A DNA stretch of 64,000 bases from Catajapyx aquilonaris (lineage: Eukaryota). Shown here piece by piece: positions 33,990 to 46,861 of the stretch (positions within the stretch are counted from its first letter, which is position 1; each line of letters begins with the position of its first letter). The notes under the pieces were generated by a model. The model was not told the DNA's origin. It searched no databases and saw only the letters and a list, made by a program, of their open reading frames with translations. Position numbers and translations under genes: made by a program. The stretch spans positions 62,001 through 126,000 of the forward strand of contig JYFJ02000293.1 in the NCBI GenBank assembly GCA_000934665.2, in the 5' to 3' direction.

Positions 33990-34195
33990 CGGGGTGGTCC
34001 AAGTTCAAGTGTCGTTTTATAACGGCGATTAATAGCAGTGATTTTGCGATGACGTAGCAGCGACGCGTAAATGTCCCACTTCGGCGCATCTTCGGCGCAA
34101 TCGAAGTGGGCAATTTTACACGTCGCTGCTACGTCATCGTTAAGCGCTTCTATTAATCGCCGTTATAAAACGACACTTGAACTTGGACCACCCTG
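33990..34195. mobile_element. Mariner-type foldback MITE (206 bp, almost fully palindromic)
   Basis: TA|CGGGGTGGTCCAAGTTCAAGTGTCG...CGACACTTGAACTTGGACCACCCTG|TA. Confidence 0.9.
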
Positions 34196-34235
34196 TATAA
34201 CAGTTGGAGCAAAACTGATAAGAAAATATTCGTCG

Positions 34236-34309
<74 letters not shown>

Positions 34310-34510
34310 GGATCCTCTTGTAACTGGCAGACTTCATTCAACTGTTGCGCTGTTGGTAATTTTTTATTATGGGGAGAAACAGGAACCCCCCGAGAAAACC
34401 CTCGCAGACACGGAGAGAACTCGCCGAGACTCTTCCCAGTTGAGAAAATTCTCTGGCCAATGCAGCTGGGATCGAAATCGGGACTTCAAGGGCGCCCTCA
34501 ATCACCACTG
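34236..34510 (-). mobile_element. tRNA-derived SINE with V-domain-like core and (ATC)n tail
   Basis: On the minus strand: CAGTGG (A-box end), TTCGATCCC (B box), the core GTTCTCTCCGTGTCTGCGAGGGTTTTCTCGGGGGTTCCTGTTTCTCCCCA, then a long (ATC)n tail at 34236-34308. Confidence 0.7.
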
Positions 34511-37500
34511 TATGTTTGCTGTCAGCACATTAGGAACACCCTGTACAACATACTATAAGCTTATATATTTTTTAAAAAAATCACAAACTGGAAAATCACC
34601 GCAATTAATTATACCCAGCAGCACCAAGCATTGTCCGTGTCAGAGGCGCAAGGAAGTCAATTAAAATAAAAACCCCTTCCTTTTCACGAAAACCTCGATA
34701 GCAATCATGACTTGCGCCTCCGTTTGCGGCTTTACAACCCAGTTTTATGGTACCCTCGGTCAGGACCTTTTGGACATGCACAAAAAGATCAGAGTTAAAT
34801 TTCAGGTGTGGTTGAGTCATCCTCCTTGTTTCCATCATGGAGGATGGACTCTTGAGGTGCATTTGAGCGGAAGAGGTGTTCGTTGGGGGAATGGTAAAAG
34901 AAGGGGGTTGGATTTAGAGGAATGAAAAAAAAGAGAGGGGGGTTGGTGGTAAAAAGGGGGGTGGGTGGGTGAGGTGGAAAAGAGCAGGTTGCGAAGGAAA
35001 GGAAAAGCCTTCCTCAGACGGCTGCTGGCAGGGCCGGTCCCAACTTCGCTCACGGCTACACTCTTCCTTCATCAGAAAAATATAATCGTTTTAAAAAAAA
35101 CCAGCCGGATAATCAGTGCAAAATTTTTTGGATTTATTTAATATCCCGGACATAATAATTTGGATGAATTTTCGTGTGTGTGCCAGCATTTTTGCACGTT
35201 TGTTTGTTGGACAGCTCTGAATACAAGGGCAGCGGAACGGATTTTCCTATTAGGGGGTGAGTTCATTTACCGTATTTATTTTAATTATTATTATTTCTTT
35301 TTAATATTAATTTTTAATTTTTAAGCAAGTTGAAAGGTGCGTTTTTTTGTGAGGTGGGATGATGACCTGAGGTCATTCTGCTCTGATTAGGTGCTAATAT
35401 TGAACCATTGTTTGTGTAATAAGCAGTGGAATTATTGTAATCATGAGGCCAATTAATATGGCAGGAAATATTACCATTTGCCCAAGGAGGCAGGCGTATT
35501 ATCGATTTTTTAATTATTATTAATATGGGTTCATATAATTATTTGCAAAGTGCAATAGTGGAGTGGCATAATATCTGCTGTAACTGACCTAATGTAATTT
35601 TATTAGTGATTTACTGCCATTTATTACTTCCTGCTCTGCACAATGTCACTTGCTTGCAATGTTTATGCTTTTCTTTTGCGTAATGTTTGTTTGGAATTTG
35701 GGTCCTGATCGCAAAGTTTTGTTTTCGATCAAATTATTTTTTCCACCCTCCAACTTGGCATTCAGATGTCGAGCTTTCTCGATTGACAATCGTGACGTCA
35801 CAAAATGGTCCGTTGGGTTAGATCCTGCTCAACTATAGAGATAGACTGACTGCCATCCAAGGTCTTTTGGCAGCCAGGGAAAGGAAAACTGGTGATGGTG
35901 TGTGGCAAAGTGTATTGTGTACGTATGTGTGTATTGGAAGGTATTCGAGGGGGGGGGAGGGGGAGGTGATTGGAAGAAGGGGGGGGGAGGGGGGAAGTGG
36001 GGGAATAAAATTTATGCGATAAAGACACGCCCTTATCTCAACCCATATAGGAAGCGGCTCTGAACACAGAATTGCATAACATTTGTACACTAAAAATATA
36101 ACAATACATTTTATTTATATTATATTATAATATCGGGAGAGGTTGTTTTAATAAATTGTGAATAATTAACTCATTATAAATGTCAATCAGGAATTTTGAA
36201 ATTAAGCAATTTCTCAGCCGTGCGACATAAATATACGAGATTTAATTAAATTTTCTTATTTAATATGAGTGCATTTTCTTACAATGATAATTAAATAAAA
36301 TGCCAGCAGTGCTTTTTATTTATTAATATTTTGACACTATTTTTATTAATATTTGTTGAAACTATTTTGTACATAGTATTTTTTTTAGCATTCAAGGTAC
36401 CGGAAGCTATAATGTAGCTCATAAATATTATTGATGTCACGCTTTCTTACAAATGAGAGTCACGAATCACCAAAATGCGTGGGGGATGTTTATCGGTAAA
36501 TAGGAATAATCATCGGTCCCCCCCGAACAATGGTAACCGTGCAATCATCCTGCAAGGTCAACGCCAGCAATTTGCTTCTGGATATAAATAAATAGCAGCT
36601 GACGTCATTAGTAATAGTGTAGGAAGGGCAATTGACTCGTGCTATAAAAATATATGGCGATCGCTTTTTTTATTTTTTTAAAAAATAATTGGGAAACGCT
36701 TCCTGCGCAATTATACAGTGCTTCTGTGACTGTTACCATTTGTGTGACATATGCGTGTCCTACATGCTTACATCAGAGTCTGTCGACACACACATTGCAA
36801 ACTGCACACTGGAATTAACCTTTTATGATGATATCATACGGCAGCCCCCCATTCATATTTTGTAACTGTTTATTTACATAGTTGTGTGAGCTTTTTTTTT
36901 TTGCAATACTCTGCATTCTTTTATAATAACTGGGTCAAAGCTACCCGTTGCCATACTGCAATTAACTACTTAACCTCACGGTGTAATCTTTTCAATCGGT
37001 GCTTTATTATTCCCTAGAGAAAACTAGGGCCCTGCTGCGATGATTTACTAACAAGTAAGTCTCTCGGGAAGAAAAATCTTGATAAAAATGGCCGAATAAG
37101 AATGACCCACGTGAGTAGTCTAGTAGGTCAGTTACAATGTTCGAGATTCATTCCAACATGACCTATTGTAAACCAAGGGACACGATTTGGTAACGGTATA
37201 ACTGCGAGATGTATATCAGGATGAAACTCACTGATTAGTCTCGTTACCGTAACATTGTTTCTTTGAGATAGGTCCTGGTTTTTTTTTTCGGAAATAAGTG
37301 AGCACCCTTTCTTCCCCCCAAAAAACTGGTTCCTTGACCTTTTGCACCCGTTCCACTTTGGGCACAACTTACACTTCTATGGCTCCACCCAAAAAGACTG
37401 GCCTTGAGATCCGCAACCTATCATTAACCCCTTTTATCTATCAATCGTGTTCGAGGGGGGGTTCCGCAAAAAAAAAAAAGTGACAGACAGTTCCTCTTGG

Positions 37501-40500
37501 CGACCCGTGACTTATTTTATTTTGTAAAAAGGAACAGATTGTATCTCATACTCTGCGTGTTATAATCTACAGAGCATGTTACTTCCATAAATGGGGACTG
37601 GGCGACTTATGGAATTGTGTTGAAGTATTCACGCTTATTATATGGAAAAGTGTCAACAACGATTAGAGTTGATCTTAATTTTTAGCAAAGTTATTCAGAT
37701 TAAATGTAAAAAAAATGTAACATCGCAATTTTAAGATAATTAATAATGACATGTGTGCTCATTATTTTCCACTCACCAGTGCACACAGACTGAATAAAAT
37801 TTAAATTTACCTGAGTTATTTAAATATATCAGTTCTCTTAATTTTACTTAATCTCAGGCTCATCTGTCATACTTTTCTTGATTGTGATGCATTCTTGAGA
37901 AAAACATTAAATTAAATTAATTACCTCGATTGGATTGAATAAATATTAAATACATTAAATCCGAAAGTCCAAACTGGCATTCGAATCAAATTTTTTTTTA
38001 CTTCAGTAGAGGTGCATGCTCTAAAAAAAAGTTAAAATTAAAAATTGGCAAATAAACGAGCGCAGAAAATTCCAAATATATAGCTCCAGCCTTATTATAA
38101 AACCAGTCAGGTATCAAGCAGATTAAAAAGCCGCCATGTCATTTAGGCCAATTAAATGTTAGGCCCCATGCGTCATGCACGATTTCGACAATTCAATTGA
38201 CGCGCAATCAATTTTGAGTGGCTCAGAAAAAAACCAGCTGAGTAACTTTTGGACACCATGATTCGCATAGAGAGAGAGACACACAAGGCAATAAAACTCG
38301 CGGAGAAAGAGACAGAGAGAAAGAAGAAAGAATACAAACCACCTGGGAGTGAAGCAGAAGAAGAAGAAGAAGAAAAAAAGAAGAAGTTGTCGACCCGGTA
38401 ACCCTGATGGAAGAGACTACTTTCTCTATGGGAAGAATCCCAACCCATAAGGCACAACCAAACATACGCACTCACGCCCTCATTATTTTTTTTTCTCTCT
38501 TTATGTTTTCTTTACCCCCCTCCTCTCACCCCCCAGCATCATATTTGCAAAACGCATTTTGCCACAGTGCGCATGGGAACATATTTTGTGGAAGAAGAAA
38601 AAATCGTTTTGAGAACGTGAGATTTGGTGAGATTGAAATCGGATGAGTTTACCAACGACTCATTGCTTCATTGCCTGTAATGACAGGTGTGTTAAAAAGA
38701 GATAGAGACATCTTTTTAAAAAAATAATATACTTAAATCCGAGCGAAGAAAAAGAAAATTTTTGCAATAGCCAATTTTCTAGCTCCTTGGCTTTTGTACT
38801 CAGGCTTTTGATTAATGAGAGATTGGTAAGTTCAAATTCGACGAATCGTGCTCCACACTTAATAACTCACGAGGCTAATTTTATAACAATGTAAATGACA
38901 ACGTCGACGAATTTTCATTACATGGATGCCAGTTAAGGTTTAATAAAACTTGCTGGGACGCGAGGCATTCGTTATGGCGGCAAAACCCTTTTGGCTTCAA
39001 AAAAAAATTTACAGACTAATTTAACACCAATTTGTCTTAATACTGCTACATGTCCCCCTTGGTATCGCAAAAATATTGCTGAGGTTGTTTTTTTATGCAT
39101 TAATTTTACGGACTAGAAACCTTGAAATGTGTGTTACCGCAGCTCTCTTTTTTCTACTTACCTGTACCACAATTTTTAAACACATATTGATGAGAAAATT
39201 GTGGTATAAAACTGCTATTTAAATATAGGCATAGTGTGAGGTTTGAAAGTATTCGAGTTCGAGTAAATTATTTATTCACAAAATACATTAAACTCCTTTC
39301 AGCTAATCTGAAGGGTGCAATTCCTGAATCAATTAATTCGGGAATTAATTAAATACAGAGATCATTGAGCTATTCACTTGATAGGAGTGGTTGCTATTTC
39401 AAGGAGAGAAAATGAACACCACTTAACCTATACAGTATGTCCATGCTAATTACGCCTGCATAGTATTAATTGCTGCACTTTTTTTTAAATGCATACCTTC
39501 GAACCCGTTATACTTCAGTTGTTACCATTTTTGAAATGCAAAAATTACCCTAATCAAAAATAAGTTTCCCTGATAGGTCCCTAGAATTGTTGTATCCTAA
39601 TGCATTATTAAAATACGGGGTAATTAGACAACAGACTGTTATATAATTGCGCGGAATGTGCCTTGGGGTTGAAGGCCCGATGCATCAGGTGAACGATCTG
39701 AACTTTGGGATGCTGCGGTGAAGGAACCTTCTACTTTTCCATCATCCATTACGCCAACTTATTCTGTCCGATTCCGCCTGCATCCGTCCTTGGGTCTCTA
39801 ACTGTACTTGGTCTCCTTTTTTTATTATTATTCGCCGTCTCTCTTCTGCACCATGCGTGAGGTGGAGGAAGGCCTGAAAACAGGACTAATTATTATTATT
39901 ATTAGGATTTTTATCCCCGTCGCCTAGGTACCGAAGAACCGCCAATTTGTGCAGTGCTCCGAGTGGAAATCGCGACTCACGTGTTGCCAATCACATCATC
40001 GTCGCTTTTGCCTTGCAATTTTTTTTTTGTAGATCGGATTATGTCACCTGCTGTGGTTTGGCCCCCTCATTTAAATCCCCAGAAAAAAGGGGGTCTGGGT
40101 CTCTAGGCCATGAGGGTTAATGAACCTCAATTACCTAATAAGCGTCCTTGAATAAAGATGCATTTTGGTTGGCTGGAAATTGACGCAATATTTTATCGTT
40201 ATGTATATTGTAATTAGAGTGACTAAATCCGATGGCGTCATGGTGTACACATTTTCATAAATCCATACAGTTACGTGCACACTTTCCATAAATCAGTTCA
40301 TACGTCATTAATAAATTATCTGAGGCATTGGAATTAATTAGGAGACCATCAGGCCAATTGTTAAATCAATTACTCAGTTATTAAAGAAAATGACCGAATT
40401 TTTTTGTCGCATGCTCAACACCTTGCTCAATTACAAAGTACTGTTGCAGAGCAGTGCTCAATGCCATTAGACATATATTAAAGAACCTAATGACTTTGAT

Positions 40501-41101
40501 ATATGTCGTAATTGTTAACGATGATTCTGCGAATTCGTGCAGTAAAAGGGGGCGTTAAAAATAGTGCAGAAATATTACGCTCGAGTCTTGTAACTTCAGG
40601 AGTGTTGCTTCCGTCGTTTTTCAACACTCATGTTTCAGCAAATTGGGCGTGTAGACAAGGCTTTCTCGCGCCCCTATCATTAGACATTACGAATGCTCGC
40701 AAAAAATATATATAGAGAAGCTTTACCCACTGATAGTTTCCTTGGCTGACACCCGTTTATAAATCATCTGGTCTGACGAAGCGGTTCTCGGAATAACAAA
40801 CACGAATTACGGACAGGTTGCACACTCACCCCCAACATTTACATGTTCTAATTCTTCAACAATGCATGTCACGATGCATTCATCATCATCAAGGCTCCGG
40901 AGGCAACGCGAAGACTTTAAAGTCTCATCGATCACTGATCTTTATTTAAAAACTATAGAAAATGGTGACAGATTTTAACGAGCGAATGAGCCAGGAACAC
41001 TATGATATATCCGGCTACCATTTTTCCTCTCTAGCAAAAACATTTTTGTCTGAATTAGTCCGGAAATTTAATTGAAAACTATGAGTACTATTTACAGTGT
41101 A

Positions 41102-41229
41102 CAGGGTGACCCAAAAGTCTGGACACATAGGTAATAATATTGCATTGTTGGCTGACAACTGGATGTCCTGGCAACCAACAGTAATGATGTTTTTCATTAC
41201 TTATGCGTCCAGACTTTTGGGTAACCCTG
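41102..41229. mobile_element. Mariner-type MITE, 128 bp
   Basis: TA|CAGGGTGACCCAAAAGTCTGGAC...GTCCAGACTTTTGGGTAACCCTG|TA. Confidence 0.9.
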
Positions 41230-44200
41230 TAGTAGAGATTGAGGTTCAATAAATAAATAAATTTAAGTGTAGAAATTTATACTCGATTTACGCTGTATTG
41301 TCAACATTTATTAATTTCAAAACTTTGGGCTTTATTTATTTAATGTGTAAATTGATTGACAGAGTGATGAGAATCATGTGCACTCGATATTTTTTTTATT
41401 CGAATATGTTTTGCAATATTATATGCAATTTTTTTTGACATTGGAATAAAGAGGGCACCTCAAACTTCTCCATAAATATATGACGACGACTTTCACATTT
41501 TTTTTATTCAATATAGTTGCGACACTATCAGTGCACACCTTGCAATGTAAACATTTTGCACAATCACTGCACAATTTGGCGCATTTATTATTAATTGGTT
41601 GCCATATAAGATGAGCTTTTAAAAATATTGAACTGTGGACTCGTTCAAGGTTGACTTATTGTTGCAGCTGTTCCTGATATTTTTATTCAATTGTGTTTGT
41701 TGCATTTTTGCAGTAAGCTGCACCATGTGTTATTTATATAGCGGTAAAATTCTGCAAATGTCAAGAGTGCTGGTTTATTTTTAGTCAATGCATTCTTCCG
41801 TGTCTTTTCTCTGCTGTGCATGTGTTCGCTTAACGGTGACTTATGAATCAACAAATTGATTGCGGTATTTTCTATTTTGATTGGCTGGACAACGTGCTTA
41901 CCACTTCTATACGACAACACTTAATGGTTTTCGAGAGATTTCTGGTTAGACCGGGTGATGCACCGCTCGGTTTAAAGGCCTCTCTCGAACTCTTGGAAAA
42001 GATGAAAGGTTGAAGGAACAAATGCCAGCAGTACAAGTTGAGGGCATGATTCCAATCCAAAATGGAAGGGGGCAGGGGGGAAGGAGGGGGTGTTGGAAAA
42101 AGGGAGAGCAGAAGAAGAAAAAAAAATATTTGGAGGCCGTCGAGGTTTTTGGTCGTCTGCTCTGTTGCCATATATGCTTTTAAAACACAAGGAGTGACAT
42201 AGGCCATGTTTTATTTTTCTAGGAATGGTGTGTGTCACCCGATTTTAAAGGTGCGACTTTTGTTTATAATTGGACGTTTATGCCCCTTTTGTGCACAGCA
42301 GGCAAATTGTAATTCAAGTCGAGACGACAGCAACTAAAAGTCGAAGTTGAAGGGAGTGCGTGAAACCTGATGATATATCGAGGCTGAATAAATATTGCTT
42401 GGCTTCGAGTCTGGAATTTTTTTTATAATAATGAGTACAAAATATTTGGCAGTAAACAATATTCTGGCTTGAAGCAAAACGTTGTACTGTCAACAATTTA
42501 TTAACTTCGAATAGGGTCATAACTTTGGACTTTAACCGCCAGTAATGAGGTGCTGTTAGTAGTCACACCTCTTCTTGTCCAAGTAAATCAGGTGCTCAAG
42601 TACTTATGATGTTAGGTAACTAGCATATTTTTTTCACACTTGTTAGGTAACAGGCATGCCCTACCTCAATGTAACAATACGGGAAATGCCTGGCTATTGA
42701 GCCTTCGAATCACGTCCTGGACAATGACTGTATTTTGATAATAATTATAGAGTTTAGCACTTCGGAAATAACTGAGTAACGGTTCAAAGTGTAGAAACAC
42801 ATGTCCGCAAAACCTATGAAATCTGCCTGTGTAATCATTATTATTTTACGCAGTATTTTATTTCAGTTTCACTAATAAATAAGTCTTCACATATTGCGCC
42901 AAACTTCCGTAATGAATTAAGGCTCACTTGACTGCTATTAATTTTTTGCAACTGTTAGTAAAGAACGAATAACAATCGACATTATTTTAAATGACGCAAC
43001 CAGGCCGATTCACTAAAATATTTTTGCGACAATAAGCTACCGGGCTCAGCAATAGTCTAGTTGTCATATGGGAAACACTTTTTTTTGCAATCACAGCTTC
43101 AATTATGGCCAGTTTATGTTGCTGAAATTTGTCGAGAGTCATTGTTGCTGTAATATTGTGTGAATCTCCCTGAACTATACTGTCCTGTTCAAGAAAATAT
43201 TGGCATGTGTCCGACTATTAGCAAATCCTCTTCTCCGCAAAAAAAAATATCCAGTCTTGTGATGGGACTGCAAACTGGATATGGAAAGTCGACAGCCGCC
43301 AAAACATTTCGCAGATAAAACGTATCATGTTAATTGCCCAATTCAGTAGCAGTGTATAATGACAGCAGGAAATCATTTATTTATAGCAAATTAAGCAATG
43401 TTAGTCAACGATATATTAATATCATGAAGGTTTAGCCCCAGAGCAGCGGAAGAGACCATTGCACATTGTTTCTTTGCAATGGACGGATAACAATGTGAGT
43501 TTTTTTTCCTCCGTGGGTTCAATGCGTGTTGGATTAGGACGTTGTGTGTGTGAATAAAGAGTCAAGACGTGAAGTTAGAGAGTGGATGTAACGGGGCGTT
43601 AGGGTAATTATTGACTAGGTGGTTGTCCTTGATGCAGCTTCGGAAGGTCCTCAGGGGCCAGGTATCGCTGCAGGGGATATGCTGTGCCCCCTTCTCAATA
43701 TACTAAATAAACCATGCAACCCATACATGCAATGGTAAAAAAAAGAGAGACTAACTGGCAACATGGCTACGCCGTGGGGAAGGCCACCATCGCCTGCAAC
43801 TTAAAGCCTGAATAGTAATCAGCTGGGAAAGTTTATGGGAGATGCACTTGGCACATCGCCCCCCTATACTTTGAACCCAAATTTTCTGAAGAATTTAACA
43901 TGAAAAAAAGGATGGGGAAGGAAGGGGTCGTTGCCCACTCACGTGATGGAAAGGTGCTAAGGTTAGGGTTCAATGGCTGCTTATGTGATTGATTATTGGT
44001 GCAAACTGCAATTATCTTCATGTTTGACCTATTTTTGAACAAATTAGTGTTTCTAACCTAGAATTTTTTACGAGCGCAACAGAGTGCGCACCACAATTCG
44101 CGCACCGTGCACCGTTGGAATTATCAATGATATTTGTTAAACCCTGCACATATTTCCAACGCTACGATGTTGGCTCCGGAACGAATCGTAGAGGCTACAT

Positions 44201-46861
44201 GGGGAGTAAATTTGGCAATGTTGTCACAACAGTGCGCGAGTGTGAGTGCGCACTCGGTTGAGCTAATTCAAAAATCATCCTTTACTGATGGAATCTTCAC
44301 ATGTAGAGTACACATATCAGTAGGTATAGTGGTCCCATTGCATAACCAACCAATGTGAAATCATCAGGTTCGTGAAGATGACATCACTTGCATAATTGCT
44401 ACCCCTACCATTATGTTTGATTAGTGTTCCTCCAGCAAGGATTGCACACAACCCCCTACCCTTTCAAGTGTGTGAATTTGACTGACATAAATTCTTGGTG
44501 TCACTTATTGTGACTGCCATACAGGAAACATATATTTCAAACAAACTTTCTGCGTCTCACAGTATGATTGACCCCAACTGGTTGTTTGGAAAGTCGTAAA
44601 AATTTGGTCGAACTTGGCCCCCATATTGCACCCCCGTAAAGTATGTCTGGCAGACCCCAAAGAGTGTTGGGTGTGGTCATTGTGTTGTGTGTGTGTGAGG
44701 GATGAAAAATCAGGACTTGAGGAGGAATGAGAGATACCGAAGGCCGACCGGTAATGTTGGCTTGTTGCATTGTTCCGGAGAGAAAGAAAAAAAAAATGGT
44801 ATTGCTTCAGGCTACTCTACTTTTTTTTCTTTCTTCGTTCAAGTCTTTATTTTTCCTTTTATATACCAGAGCAGGGGTGGGGAGTCCGCCCCGGGGCAGA
44901 CTCAAGGTCTCGAGGGACGGATTGGAATTTTTTTAGCTGGGGTCAAAGTGCAAATCGCTCCAGCTTTATATCATGTGCCGGTCCAATTGGGTGTGGTCAG
45001 TTATACTGGGGGGATCACCTTTGACCTCTTTGCTCAGCAGCCGAATAGCATCGTTGGGAGGGTCTCCTGGAAGAAATTGAGGGCACCAAGGTCGACGTAC
45101 AAGCTGTGGGAAGGCCGTATCAAAAAATAATAAATAAAACATTTTATAATTGGTGTCATAAATGCTTTGGAAACATTCCGGATTGTTGAAGGCAGATACA
45201 TTCAGATTAAAATTATTGCCAGCCATAGGCTTCTTTTTCTAAAAATTGTTCAGACATCTCATACTGTTGAGTGTCACACATTTCACCAAACTGGTTTTTT
45301 TAAAAATCGGTTTCACTCGCAACTTAACCGATCTGACACATCAAAAGGCATCACCAAAAATAGCGTAAAATCGTGACGTGAAAACGAGCTGAACCAGTTT
45401 TCTTCTTCGCGAGACACCAAAGAGGAAGGAACTGAACTCTAACTGCATAACATAACGGGTTGGAGAGAGAGAGAATCTCAAAAACTTCACCAAGGACGAC
45501 ACACAAGACCAAACCGAAAGACACACAATCATTTCCTCAAAATATCATCCTAAAATAGTCGTGCCCTTGATAGCTTTTTAATAATAATAACAAAAAAATT
45601 CCGTGACCAAAATCATGAGTGACGTCACCAAGGTCGCGTCCCGACGCATTTTGAACGCCTGTGATGGATGGACACCGATTCATGGGGGGGTCATAAAGTT
45701 GCAAAAAAATGGGCAAGGCCAAGGAACCGCTTCATTGCCACCGAAAAAAAAAATTTAAACAAGAAAGAGAAGGTTAGTGACCCACGGAAATCCGCTTTGT
45801 CATGTTGCTTTGAACTCCAAGCAAATTTGTCAGTTTCGCAAAAATTTTGTGGCGAATTCAACCTGAGAAAACCGGATGGATGTTCCACACAGGTTTTTTT
45901 TTGATCCCTCGGACTACAAATTGAACGTGGTCAGTTTATTTTGCTTAATAAGTGAACGGCTTTTGGGTCCATCTTTCACTTCTTTTGTCTCCTTCATGTC
46001 CTTGTATTGTGGGAATCAGGTCTCTCTCTTTTTTTTTTCTTCCTCCCATCAAAATGCTGCCGCTCCCTTATTCATTCGAGCTCTTCATAAATTTTTTTTA
46101 TCACTTTTCTTTAGGCTATACGTCACAGGCTGCCTCTCACCAATTATTGCGCACTCCAGCAGGCGAAGCATTCTAGGTCAAAACGCTATTTTTGGGATTG
46201 CCACATCTATATACAGGGTGTTCCCAATGGGCAGCTGGAATATTTTAGGGAAGTTTTTGCCTTTAAAAGAGAGGCCGCAGACTCATTGGCGCAGGAAGGA
46301 TTTATTACTTGGTTCGGTATGAGACAATGAGAGGAATAAGGAAGGAGATCTGTGATTATTGCGCAACAGAGGATGCCAGCCTTTTATTATCGCAATCAGG
46401 CAGTAATCGCATCCTGCTGCCATGAACCCTCAGCAGTATCTGAAAATATTATATGCCAAATAATTCCTCAGTGTCGCAGAAGCGTTTTCTTGTCATATAT
46501 TTTTTTGGTGTTGTTGCCTTTATGGAGAAAAGGTGCACCTGAAGTGGGCGTGGTTGCCTGATACACCTACCGCCTTGCATTTTGTCTGCACTTTCTCTCC
46601 AAATTGCGTGCTTACACTTTTTGCGTGCGTGCTCAACCCATGACAACCTCGCACAACGTTCACTGCACCAAGCACCCCCTGTAGGTTATGCTTCCTGATC
46701 AAACAACGTCTGTTGAATAACATATACTATCAGGATGGGAAGGATTTATCGTATGTGACTAATTGGCGTGTTTTTAATTTTTCCAGAGCAATTGTGATCG
46801 TGTGGAGGCAGCAGGGCGTCCACAGCGCCCTGTCTGCAGCATCTGAACCAAGGTGACCAAA

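Noticed and set aside
34140..34558. Poly-Ser/Ile/Met ORFs
   Set aside because: They are translations of the (GAT)n SINE tail.
26200..46700. Numerous 60-150 aa ORFs in the intergenic region
   Set aside because: They have low-complexity or AT-rich composition, no recognisable domains and no consistent splice structure (apart from the RTE fragment).
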